This document shows positions 16,772-25,967 of a DNA stretch of 40,606 bases, piece after piece. Position 1 is the first letter of the stretch. Every line of letters starts with the position of its first letter. Position numbers and translations under genes: made by a program. A model generated the notes under the pieces. That model was given only the letters and a program-made list of their open reading frames with translations. It was not told the DNA's origin and ran no database searches. The stretch comes from Lentisphaerota bacterium (GTDB lineage Bacteria > Verrucomicrobiota > Lentisphaeria > Oligosphaerales > PUNB01), in contig PUNB01000062.1 in NCBI GenBank assembly GCA_003552565.1, positions 1 through 40,606 of the forward strand, given 5' to 3'.

Positions 16772-18079
16772 TCAAAGCCGGCCGTACCCACACTCATCCA
16801 GACAGCTGCGTTCTTCAGTCTCCGGGTTCATAACCTGGCTCTCACCCAGGCAGGCGGCCATAAGCGCCTCAATATCCAGCGGTTCTTCCTGAGCTTCAAC
16901 TTTTCCAAGGTCAGCCATGGTTAAAGGCCTTTCAGGAGCGAATACAGTGCAGCTGTCAGGTGTTTCCCGACAGGAAACGTCATAGGTGCCGATACTGCGG
17001 GCCAGCGCCACGGTCTCATATTTGTCATTGCCCAGCAGCGGACGGTGAATCGGCAGCTCCGAAGCCTGACTGACCACATGCAGATTCTCCATTGTCTGAC
17101 TGGCCACCTGCCCCAGGTTATCGCCGGTAACCAGTCCCCGAATGTTCTTTCTCCTGGCAATACGACAGGCAATGCGGACCATTAAGCGCCGATAAAGAAT
17201 CGTCCGATAACGCGGATTGCATCTATCCCTAATCTCCTTCTGCGCCGATAGAAGGTTGATGCAGTATAAATTCCCGGGCTTTTGGTAGGTATTCAACAAT
17301 CGCGCCAGGCAGGCCACCTTGGTCACCGTCTCCTCCGGAGTGTATGGAGCGCTGTGAAAAGTGATAAAATCCAGAGGCGCTCCCCGGCGCATCACAGAAT
17401 AAGCCGCCGCCGGTGAGTCAATGCCCCCTGACAACAGACACAATGCCCGGCCGGCACTGCCGCTGGGCAGCCCGCCGGGACCGGGAATATTGGCGAACGA
17501 CACATACGCCGCCTGTTTTCTGACCTCCACCTGCACCAGCAGCTCGGGATTCTTCAGATCCACCTTCAGCCGCGGATAGCGCGGCAGCAGTTTATGGGCG
17601 AAATGCAGCTCGATGTCATGACTTGACATCGGAAAATCAGAGCTTCCGCGCCGGGCCCGCATAGCGTATCTGACACAAGCTGACTCTCCCGCCGCGACGG
17701 CGTATTTCTCATATACTTGGGGAAAGTGCTTCTCAACAGCCTCCTCGATGGCCGCCAAATCCGGCTCTGTCCGCAGGGCCGGAGACACAGAAATCAACCC
17801 GAACACTTTAGCCGCCCTCTCCGGCAGACACCTCACATCCTCAACGCTGAATTCCGCTCCGTGTTCCGGCTTGGGCCGCAGAAAAATACGCCCGGGCTCG
17901 CGCACCGCCTTAAATGGAGTAATGTCCTTGAGCTGACGGTGTATACCCTCCATCAGCATTCGTTCAAACTGACTCCGGTTCATTCCCTTGGTGGCAATCT
18001 CGCCATATCGGCAGAGAATACTGTTGCAGGAAAAAGCCGGCATTTCGTGAGTTGTGTTTATTGTATCAGAAACTGTCAT
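16772..18079 (-). CDS. thiI: tRNA 4-thiouridine synthase ThiI
   Basis: THUMP-type N-terminal half plus the PP-loop 'LLSGGIDSPAAAY'. No rhodanese domain is present. Confidence 0.88.
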   Translation of the reverse strand: MTVSDTINTTHEMPAFSCNSILCRYGEIATKGMNRSQFERMLMEGIHRQLKDITPFKAVREPGRIFLRPKPEHGAEFSVEDVRCLPERAAKVFGLISVSPALRTEPDLAAIEEAVEKHFPQVYEKYAVAAGESACVRYAMRARRGSSDFPMSSHDIELHFAHKLLPRYPRLKVDLKNPELLVQVEVRKQAAYVSFANIPGPGGLPSGSAGRALCLLSGGIDSPAAAYSVMRRGAPLDFITFHSAPYTPEETVTKVACLARLLNTYQKPGNLYCINLLSAQKEIRDRCNPRYRTILYRRLMVRIACRIARRKNIRGLVTGDNLGQVASQTMENLHVVSQASELPIHRPLLGNDKYETVALARSIGTYDVSCRETPDSCTVFAPERPLTMADLGKVEAQEEPLDIEALMAACLGESQVMNPETEERSCLDECGYGRL

Positions 18080-18288
18080 AATAATCTTTTCGCCAGAATT
18101 TCAACGAGTTCAGAGATTTTGAAATATCCAGAATTATGCAGGTTTTGTATCAAAGCCGTCGTTTTTTATAATAGCAGCCACAAAAAAATAACCGCCGACA
18201 ACGGAAAAACAAATACCGCCGCATGAATGGACTTGTATGAATTGGTAATGCGTCAGTGAAAGGTGCGAAATTCGTGTCGGTTGACGAT

Positions 18289-18360
18289 AATCCGCCTCAG
18301 GCGGATCGAGAACGGGCAACGAGTCGCTCGAATCGCCCGTCGTTCTCGCCGCCGTTCTCG
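18289..18360. repeat. Small repeat cluster: CCGCCTCAGGCGG hairpin plus CGTTCTCG-type module
   Basis: 'TCCGCCTCAGGCGGATC' is shared with 2309, 19625, 26731 and 40075. It is followed by the inverted 'GAGAACGGGCAACGAG...CGTCGTTCTCGCCGCCGTTCTCG'. Confidence 0.7.
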
Positions 18361-18542
18361 TTTTCCGGCTGGTTGTTTTCAAACGTTGCTCCTATGACTG
18401 ACGGATTGCATGAATTGTTCATAATAGGAGATTGCGTTTCCCATAATTATGAATTAAATTAATATTTGCGATTGCGGGTGAGTTTTGTCCGCCCCAAGCG
18501 TACATTATTATTAACCTTGAACTAATCTACAGGAGAAAAACC

Positions 18543-19049
18543 ATGCACCGCAAAATGACCAGTAAAGAAAATTTCCGCCGCCTGTTTAAGACTTTAATCT
18601 GCATGTTCGGAATCGCGGCTATCGGCGCCCCGGCTGCAAGAGCCCAGCTGGATGAATTTTACACCGTCGACAGTCAGTCGATAATGGAAGTTCATCCCGC
18701 CTTCCAGGAAGCCATGCAGGAGTATCAGCAGGAAATTCAGCAAATGCAGCAGCAGTTGCAGCAGGCTGACGAAGCACAGCGCCAGATGATGGGCCAAATG
18801 ATGCAGCAGCAACTGCAGCGGCGCGGCGCGGAACTGCAGGAAGAAGCTTTTGATAAGATGCGTCAGGACATTCAGCGCATCGCCGATGAAAAAGGCTACA
18901 GCCCCGTATTCGACATCAATGTCGTTCTGGTCGGCGGTCGAGACATCACCGATGAAATTATGGATGAAATGGACATCGAAGAACCGGGAGCTGAAATGCC
19001 GCAACAGCCCCCCCAGGAAATGCCGGAAGAAATGCCGGTAATGCCCTAA
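18543..19049 (+). CDS. OmpH/Skp-like periplasmic chaperone
   Basis: Signal peptide, a Q/E-rich coiled-coil core, and 'IADEKGYSPVFD' near the C-terminus, as in the OmpH family. Confidence 0.6.
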   Translation: MHRKMTSKENFRRLFKTLICMFGIAAIGAPAARAQLDEFYTVDSQSIMEVHPAFQEAMQEYQQEIQQMQQQLQQADEAQRQMMGQMMQQQLQRRGAELQEEAFDKMRQDIQRIADEKGYSPVFDINVVLVGGRDITDEIMDEMDIEEPGAEMPQQPPQEMPEEMPVMP

Positions 19050-19074
19050 CGCCAATTTCGCGCAAAACAGCCTG

Positions 19075-19640
19075 CGTCAAGGCATCCCTGTCTCTCCTAG
19101 GAAGACCCCATGCGGAAAGGGGTCGAGACCTGAATTTATGTTGCTAAAAACCTTGTCTCGAACCTTGTCCCGAACCGAAATCCGATTGGTTTTAATGTTT
19201 TTATCCGAAATGGAATATGGTTCGGGACAAAGTTGAACTCAAGAACATGCGATATACCTTTTCGCATACCCTCTAGGAAGAGGCTATGCGAAAAGGGTTT
19301 TGTGGAACTCACAAGCTCGAAAGTGACTCTGCGTTCCACGGCCAATTGGATTAAGGCGAAAGATTATGACGAAAGATTAGGGAAAAACGGGTGCGCCCCT
19401 TAATCTTTTGCCCTGATCTTTCGCCTTAATCTCGTTTCTGAACCCTTTTCGCATGGGGTCTAGATAAACAAGCTGTGCGAAAAGGTGTATGTGCTTATGC
19501 ACAAAAAAAATAACTTCAGAACCTCCGACTTCCTCCTTCAGGTTTCAGATTTCTGCCCTGATGAATGACACATGGCCGAATTCGCATGTATTAACCAAGC
19601 TAGGTTTTCTGAACTTTGTCTTGTCCGCCTCAGGCGGATC
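19075..19640. repeat. Mosaic repeat cluster downstream of the Skp-like gene
   Basis: It contains several 'CATGCGAAAAGG / CCTTTTCGCAT' hairpins (about 19085-19125, 19257-19296, 19441-19490), an ACCTTGTC-type hairpin (19149-19233) and an 84-nt hairpin (19348-19431). It also has the 'GCCGAATTCGCATGTAT' module (also at about 7123) and a CCGCCTCAGGCGG hairpin. Confidence 0.85.
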
Positions 19641-19779
19641 TGATGTTCATTCCAACCCGACAAACCTTCCGACTCTCATTCACTTGCTTTTGCTCAGCCA
19701 CCAGTTATGTTTCAGTTTATTAGCTAATTGCTGATTGACTTGCAAAAACAATGATTCTACTCACCAACGGGAGGGAATA

Positions 19780-21297
19780 ATGCATCCCAGCAGCGAAGCC
19801 GGCAAAGTGAACAAAGGACGTTCCCTGGAAGCGATGGAGGCTTTCCACACCCTGCTCTCCTTTCTCGCGATTCGTCTATCCCCCGCAAATGAACAACTGC
19901 TCTGTGAGACCGCAAAGGAACCACCGCCGGACGGAGGCGAGTGGATTTTGCAGGCGTTGTGGAATGAAGGCAGACTTCGGGAATCAAGCGAACTGTGCAC
20001 AGAAGAAGGGAACCGAGTGGAAATCATCCACCCCGGCACTTGGAACTCGGAGGCCGGCCCGGACTTTCTAGAAGCGGTGATTAAGCTCGACGGCCACACC
20101 AAACGCGGAGCGGTGGAAATACATCGACATGTAAACGACTGGTTCGCTCATGGACATGACAAGGATCAACGATACAGAGATGTCATTCTGCATGTTGTCT
20201 GGAACGGCAACACTGAAAAATCAGTGCCCGGCCAGTTGCCGCCATGCCTGGAACTGGAAGGGTGTCTTCCCTCTTGCTGGAATGAACTTTTTAATCAGCT
20301 TGCGACTGTGGGATATCCTTACTCCCGGCGTGTTTCCCCCGGCGGCTGCGCCCTGCGGGCAGCGGAGGTTGATGACGCGCTTATAGGCGATTTCCTCACC
20401 GGCGCCGGATTGACCCGTTTCCGTCGCAAAAGCCGATCACTGCTGGATCGGGCGCTGGCGGCGGGCTTTGAACAAACCGCCTATGAATATTTTTGTGAAG
20501 TCATGGGCTATAAGGTTAATCGAGAACCATTCCTTAATCTGGCTCGACACCTGCCGTTACGTAGTCTCCAGGAAATCAACGCCCCCTTAAGCCGCCTGGC
20601 CGTTTTACTCGGCAGCGCGGGTTTTCTCTTCGACCCGACTGTTGAGGACCAAGCGGCAACGCCGGCGCAGCGGAATCTGAACCGCGAGCTTTGGCACCGC
20701 TGGTGGAGCTCGGGCATGCCGCCGATATGTTTGCAATGGCAAAAAAGCGGCACCAGGCCGGCAAACCTTCCAGAAAGACGTTTGATAATTATTTGGAAAC
20801 TGCTTGAACAGTGGAACTATCGTCCGCTTGAACTATGGCGCCGCGGACTGCCGGAGAACCTTTCGCCCGCGGCGGCGATTAAACACCTGCGAAATATATT
20901 CAGCATCTCTTCGGACCCGGAATTCTCCCGACTGCTGAAACTTACCGGCGCCAAGGGGGCTTCACTCGGCACTCAGAGAATCCTAGATATCGCGGTAAAT
21001 CTGCTCCTGCCCTTGATGCAGGCCTGGGCAAATCAGCAGAATAGCCTATCTCTACAGCGATGGTCCGAAGAAGTCTATTTAAATTTACCTCGGCTGCAGG
21101 AGAATCAGGTAACAAGAAAAATTACTCATCGACTTCTGGTTCCGGCCAGCCGCCAACAGGAAATTGTGAAAAAAGCCGTTCAGCAGCAGGGCCTGCAGGC
21201 GGTGGATCGCCAATTTTGCCAGCGGTTCATCAGTGACTGTGGGATTTGCCCCCTAAGCAATCAACAAATGTTTGCAAAGTCCTTGGCCGGGAATTAA
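19780..21297 (+). CDS. DUF2851 family protein
   Basis: 'GPDF..A.I......G.VEIH...DW..HGH..D..Y..VILHVVW' is the DUF2851 signature. I chose the ATG at 19780 because GGGAGGGA sits 4 nt upstream; the track ORF begins at a TTG at 19735. Confidence 0.75.
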   Translation: MHPSSEAGKVNKGRSLEAMEAFHTLLSFLAIRLSPANEQLLCETAKEPPPDGGEWILQALWNEGRLRESSELCTEEGNRVEIIHPGTWNSEAGPDFLEAVIKLDGHTKRGAVEIHRHVNDWFAHGHDKDQRYRDVILHVVWNGNTEKSVPGQLPPCLELEGCLPSCWNELFNQLATVGYPYSRRVSPGGCALRAAEVDDALIGDFLTGAGLTRFRRKSRSLLDRALAAGFEQTAYEYFCEVMGYKVNREPFLNLARHLPLRSLQEINAPLSRLAVLLGSAGFLFDPTVEDQAATPAQRNLNRELWHRWWSSGMPPICLQWQKSGTRPANLPERRLIIIWKLLEQWNYRPLELWRRGLPENLSPAAAIKHLRNIFSISSDPEFSRLLKLTGAKGASLGTQRILDIAVNLLLPLMQAWANQQNSLSLQRWSEEVYLNLPRLQENQVTRKITHRLLVPASRQQEIVKKAVQQQGLQAVDRQFCQRFISDCGICPLSNQQMFAKSLAGN

Positions 21298-21375
21298 ATT
21301 ATATTTTTTAACCTGATTCCGTTTAATTGACAGTAGGCACGCTTGATAAAAGTTATAATACAGGGCAGGGAACCT

Positions 21376-22107
21376 ATGAAATATGCGATTTTCGGCGACA
21401 TACACTCAAATCTGGAGGCATTAACGGCAGTTCTGGAAAAAGCCGAGCAGGAAGAAGTTGACAAATACATTTGCACCGGTGACATTGTCGGCTACAACGC
21501 CGACCCTTTTGAATGCCTGAACAAGATACGTGAATTACAGCCTGACGTTATTGTCCGCGGCAACCATGATGATTATATCGGCTCCGAAATTGACCTTCTG
21601 GGCTTCAACCCCCAGGCGGCGCATGTGGTGGAATGGACCCGCGAACACCTTAACCCGGAAGACCGTCAATGGCTGGCGGAACTGCCGTTGAGCAAAACAG
21701 TGAACCACAACACAACAATAGTCCATGCCACTCTCGATATGCCCGGGCGCTGGGGCTATATTTTTGACAAATTCAATGCCATGTCATCTTTCAACTATCA
21801 ATACACGCCCATCTGCTTTTTCGGTCATACTCATATCCCTTCGAAGTTCGAAAAATTCGGCGGTGTCAACGGCGACGGCGGATTTGAGGAAATAATTCTC
21901 CAGCCAGGACATAAATACATGATAAATCCCGGCAGTGCGGGACAGCCGCGGGATGGCGACAGCCGAGCGGCCATGGCTATTTACGACACTGAAGAGAAGT
22001 TGATAACCCTGCACCGGGTGGAATACGACATAGAAACCGCACAGAAAAAAATCAGAAACAGCAGCCTGCCCGAAAGATGCGCGGAAAGGCTGGCCTTGGG
22101 GCGGTAA
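21376..22107 (+). CDS. Metallophosphoesterase family protein (YfcE/MJ0936-like)
   Basis: The motifs 'FGDIHSN', 'GDIVGY', 'GNHD' and 'GHTH' are all present. The ATG at 21376 is preferred over the upstream TTG. Confidence 0.85.
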   Translation: MKYAIFGDIHSNLEALTAVLEKAEQEEVDKYICTGDIVGYNADPFECLNKIRELQPDVIVRGNHDDYIGSEIDLLGFNPQAAHVVEWTREHLNPEDRQWLAELPLSKTVNHNTTIVHATLDMPGRWGYIFDKFNAMSSFNYQYTPICFFGHTHIPSKFEKFGGVNGDGGFEEIILQPGHKYMINPGSAGQPRDGDSRAAMAIYDTEEKLITLHRVEYDIETAQKKIRNSSLPERCAERLALGR

Positions 22108-23165
22108 TGAATATTCTGATCGTCAAACCCAGCAGCCTGGGAGACATTATTCATACCTTGCCGGCGGTAACTATGATCCGCCGAAACATTCCTAACGCAG
22201 TGATCAACTGGGTGGTGAACGAAGAGTACGCGCGGCTTTTGGACCTCTGTCCCGATGTGGATAACGTGGTGGTTTTTCGTCGCCATCACTGGAATCGTCT
22301 TCGCAACTGGCGCTCACTGCTGTCTTTTGTCCGCGAACTGCGAGAATTGGACGTTGACATCGCCTTGGATTTCCAAGGGCTTTTTCGCAGCGGCCTGATC
22401 TCTTTTCTAAGCGGTGCCAAACGACGCGCGGGATTTCGCAATGCCCGCGAGGGAGCCATCTATTTTTATAACGAAAGAATCCTCCTGCCGGCAAATTTAA
22501 AACATGCCGTGGATAAAAACTTTTTCCTGCTGCAGTCAGTGCTGCAAATAGATGACGATGTGCATGATAACGGCTTGAGCTGTTCAGAAATCGATCTACG
22601 CAACTTGCGGCTGCTGCTGAAAAAACAGCAAATAGATCTCCAGTATTCACTCTTGACCGTCGCTCCCGCAGCCAGATGGAGAAGTAAAACCTGGCCGCCG
22701 GATTTTTTTGCGGAGACTATCGAAAAAATCTGGCGCCGGCATCCTGAAACAATTGTGGCGTTGGCGGGGCAGCAAGAAGAAAGGCCGCTAGGGAATTTTA
22801 TCAAAGAACGCTGCGAAAACAAAGGAACAATTGTCAATCTGATGGGAGAAACCGAACTGGGAACTCTGACGGCTTTGCTGCGTCATAGTGAAACCGTATT
22901 AACCAACGACAGCGGCGCAATGCATCTGGCCGCGGCCGTGGACACTCCGGTAGTGGCTTTATTCGGGCCCACCGACCCGGAAAAAACCGGGCCTTACGGT
23001 GATATGCACTGTGTTTTACAAGGAAGTTGTGACCAGCTCCCATGCGGCGAGCGGGTATGCGCTGAAGGCACCAACGCCTGTCACAACAGCGTTACTCCCG
23101 ATGAAGCGGCCGAAGCTGTAACACGCCGACTGAAACAATCGACCACAGAAGAAAAACCCAATTAA
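22107..23165 (+). CDS. Glycosyltransferase family 9 (LPS heptosyltransferase-like)
   Basis: 'ILIVKPSSLGDIIHTLPAV' and 'TNDSGAMHLAAAV' are GT9 hallmarks. The start ATG overlaps the upstream stop (TAATG at 22105-22109). Confidence 0.85.
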   Translation: MNILIVKPSSLGDIIHTLPAVTMIRRNIPNAVINWVVNEEYARLLDLCPDVDNVVVFRRHHWNRLRNWRSLLSFVRELRELDVDIALDFQGLFRSGLISFLSGAKRRAGFRNAREGAIYFYNERILLPANLKHAVDKNFFLLQSVLQIDDDVHDNGLSCSEIDLRNLRLLLKKQQIDLQYSLLTVAPAARWRSKTWPPDFFAETIEKIWRRHPETIVALAGQQEERPLGNFIKERCENKGTIVNLMGETELGTLTALLRHSETVLTNDSGAMHLAAAVDTPVVALFGPTDPEKTGPYGDMHCVLQGSCDQLPCGERVCAEGTNACHNSVTPDEAAEAVTRRLKQSTTEEKPN

Positions 23166-23182
23166 ACCATTTGGAATTCGCC

Positions 23183-24097
23183 ATGATCAATCATTTTCGT
23201 TTAAAACTGGTGATCTCACTGTCCGCACTGCTGGTTTCATTGCCGGTTCTCGCCTCCATCGGTATTCGGATAAGTTCCGACCGTAATAAGTATATTCAAT
23301 ACGAACCCATTGAAATCACCTTGACCCTGCGCAACAACACCGGCAATCGGTTGAACTTCGGCGAAAGCGGCGCCGAAGGCCAACAAAGAGGTTCTTTGCT
23401 TTTACATGTCACCGACGGCCGCGGCAACGAAGTGCGACAGATAAATTCCCCTGAGAAAATCATCTCCAATCTAGAGTTGGCGGCCGGGGAATCAAAGCAG
23501 TTCACTTTCCCGCTGAATAATTTTTACCATCTGAGCCGGGATACGACTTACACCATATACGCCCAGGCTGGGCATGACCGGCTCAGCCATGATTACCGAT
23601 CAGACAGCCTGCGGTTTGAAGTGCTTAAAGCGCATCCGATCTGGCAGCAGGATTTCGGCATACCCGCGGAAGACGATGACGAAAAAATCACCACCCGTAC
23701 CGCCAGCATCCGTCGGCTCAGCCATGGAAAAGATCAGGTTTACTGCTTTCAGATCGAAGATGACAAATATGTTTATACTGTCAGGCGCATAGCGGATCAC
23801 ATCCACGGAGCCGATCCACGCGGACTGATAGACGGACAGGGGAAAGTGCATATTTTCCTGCGAATTCAATCGAGAATATTTCTCTACCAAGTTTATGATC
23901 ACACCGGCCGCAGAATACAGGAAGCATTCTATACCTTTGAAAATCAAAGCCGCCCACGAATGACGCGCGATTCCAGAACCGGCAACGTGCATGTGCTGGG
24001 AGGGCGACGGGCGCAAAGAAACGAGGATTACATTCTTCCTGAAGACATGGCAAGCGGAGAAAGGCCGGTGGATGTTCCCGTTGTGGAAATACCTTGA
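23183..24097 (+). CDS. Secreted hypothetical protein
   Basis: The ORF has a plausible signal peptide ('LKLVISLSALLVSLPVLAS'). It starts 15 nt after the GT9 stop and uses codons like its neighbours. I recognise no domain. Confidence 0.6.
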   Translation: MINHFRLKLVISLSALLVSLPVLASIGIRISSDRNKYIQYEPIEITLTLRNNTGNRLNFGESGAEGQQRGSLLLHVTDGRGNEVRQINSPEKIISNLELAAGESKQFTFPLNNFYHLSRDTTYTIYAQAGHDRLSHDYRSDSLRFEVLKAHPIWQQDFGIPAEDDDEKITTRTASIRRLSHGKDQVYCFQIEDDKYVYTVRRIADHIHGADPRGLIDGQGKVHIFLRIQSRIFLYQVYDHTGRRIQEAFYTFENQSRPRMTRDSRTGNVHVLGGRRAQRNEDYILPEDMASGERPVDVPVVEIP

Positions 24098-24099
24098 GC

Positions 24100-24580
24100 A
24101 AGGTTAGCAAGAGCCTATGCGAAAAAATGTTTACGGTCTCTACATGCACGAAAAATAAAACTTGGTCGTGTCCGCCTTCAGGCGGCAGTTGCAGCGAGCT
24201 TCCGCCTTCGCCCGCGGGACTACGGCGTGACATGTCAGAGAGCGGGCGCAAGGCCTATGGAGATTCGGCGGATTCCGGGGGCTGAAGCCTCCGAATAGCT
24301 GCCGCCTGAAGGTGGAACTCCGGCATTTTGACGCGCTCATTAAGGTGAAGTTTCATACAAACCCGGCCGCCGGCGCGAAGCGCCGAACAATCCGGAGCTG
24401 GAAGCTCCAGCCACCATCTTAACCGCCGGCGCGAGGCGCTAGATATCACGAGGGAGCGACTTGATGCGGCATATAAAACCTTGTCTCGCACCTTGTCCCG
24501 TGTTTTTTTGATTTTGGAATCAGGTTCGGGACAAGGTTATATATTCGAAGTCTCACATAAGCCCGGCGGTTCTCAGCCGA
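24100..24580. repeat. Mosaic repeat cluster between convergent genes
   Basis: It contains a 'CTATGCGAAAAA...CACGAAAAATAAAACTT' module (compare 27030-27085) and paired CCGCCTTCAGGCGG hairpins. A core doublet split by the hairpin CCGGAGCTGGAAGCTCC (24350-24461) is the reverse complement of 39939-40053. An 'empty-site' 12-nt-periodic hairpin sits at 24477-24539, and a truncated core abuts the glycosylase stop. Confidence 0.9.
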
Positions 24581-25237
24581 TCAGGCCATGCTCGAATTTT
24601 TACCCTCTGCCACCATTAAAGCGTGGAATTCCTGATAAACGGCCAGGTCGCGCGGCAGGTCGCACTGACAGATAGTCTTGACTTCCTGATACTTCATCCC
24701 GGGATCAACCAGACCGAAGGAGGCAAGGATTCTTTTAGTGTACGCGTCCACCACCATTTCCGTCTTTTTATAAGCGTACAACAGTATGCTGTCAGCGGTC
24801 TCTTCTCCTACTCCCCAGACAGACAAAAGCTGTTCCCGACTCGGTTCATGACCTTGCAGCCGCTGAAAGAAAGAAGAGAATTCCCGCAGTTTGCGGCTTT
24901 TTACATTGTAATAACCGCTGGGTCTGATCAAATCGGACAATTGTTCATGCGGTGCCTCAAATATGGCTGAAGGAGTCAAAAGAGCGCTCTCAGATAATTT
25001 CCGCAAAGCTTTTTCCACGTTGATCCAGGCTGTGTTCTGGGTCAAAATGGCGCCGACGCATATTTCGAACCGTTCCTCTTCGGTTCGCGGAAAATCATAA
25101 CAGCCCGAATGATATCCGGTATAACGCCCCTGGTCCATCATCCTTTTATCAGCCAGTGAAAGCAGCGGCCACCATCCCTGGGGGCCATGCGCTTGCCACA
25201 ATGGCAGGTAAATATCACGATAAACATTTACGCGCAT
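24581..25237 (-). CDS. Endonuclease III-related HhH-GPD DNA glycosylase
   Basis: 'GPQGWWP', 'GAILTQNTAW', the helix-hairpin-helix 'VWGVGEETADSILLYA' and the downstream Asp ('VVDAYTKR'). Confidence 0.8.
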   Translation of the reverse strand: MRVNVYRDIYLPLWQAHGPQGWWPLLSLADKRMMDQGRYTGYHSGCYDFPRTEEERFEICVGAILTQNTAWINVEKALRKLSESALLTPSAIFEAPHEQLSDLIRPSGYYNVKSRKLREFSSFFQRLQGHEPSREQLLSVWGVGEETADSILLYAYKKTEMVVDAYTKRILASFGLVDPGMKYQEVKTICQCDLPRDLAVYQEFHALMVAEGKNSSMA

Positions 25238-25245
25238 TTTCTCGC

Positions 25246-25950
25246 ATGACTCGTTTTGATCTGCATATTCACTCCGCTCTGTCCGCCTGCGGCGAAAACG
25301 TCATGTCACCGGCCAGAATTATTGAAAAGGCCCGCGAGGCCGGATTAAATCTGCTCGCGATTACTGATCATAACGCCTCATCACAAGTGGAAATGTCCTC
25401 GCGCCTAGGAATAAAGATGGGTATTACTGTAATACCGGCCATGGAAGTAACCAGCCGGGAAGAAGCTCATTTGCTGGCATATTTTTCGGAACTTTCTCAA
25501 CTGTCGCAATTTCAGGAACTGATTGACGCGCACCTGCCAAAAATCCCCAATAACCCCCGCGTGTTCGGGTGGCAGCTAATATACGATGAGCGCGAAAACA
25601 TTGTCGAAACCGACGATCAATTGCGTCAAGTAGGCGTAAATCTCGGCATGGATGCTTTAATCGAACACATTCACGAACTTCGTGGGCTGGCTATTCCAGC
25701 CCATGTTTTTCGCCCCCGCTACAGTTTAACCAGCCAGCTGGGATTCATCGACCCTTCTGAAGATTTCGACGGACTGGAAGTCTGCCGCCGGCAATGGCAT
25801 CTTAGACATTTATGCCTGGGAATGAAAGAAGCAGGCTTTCCCCTGATCACCGGTTCAGACAGCCACTTTCTTGAAGACATAGGCCATGATTTTCTTGAGA
25901 TCAATGAAAATGTGACTGACCTACACGAACTGGCAGCCCAAATTTTCTAA
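25246..25950 (+). CDS. PHP-domain metal-dependent phosphoesterase
   Basis: 'FDLHIHSALSACG', 'ITDHN', and 'AHV'/'GSDSH' metal-ligand blocks. The ATG at 25246 was chosen because the homology begins there. Confidence 0.8.
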   Translation: MTRFDLHIHSALSACGENVMSPARIIEKAREAGLNLLAITDHNASSQVEMSSRLGIKMGITVIPAMEVTSREEAHLLAYFSELSQLSQFQELIDAHLPKIPNNPRVFGWQLIYDERENIVETDDQLRQVGVNLGMDALIEHIHELRGLAIPAHVFRPRYSLTSQLGFIDPSEDFDGLEVCRRQWHLRHLCLGMKEAGFPLITGSDSHFLEDIGHDFLEINENVTDLHELAAQIF

Positions 25951-25967
25951 TGAGAAGGAATTAATTT

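Noticed and set aside
16456-16924. Overlapping ORFs (125, 134 and 110 aa, plus an 86-aa antisense ORF) encoding 'PRYRAGVRRP'-type repeats. Similar ORFs occur at 14495-14860.
   Set aside because: They are translations of the tandem array in several frames at once and are open only because the repeat lacks stop codons. They have no start context and no protein-like composition.
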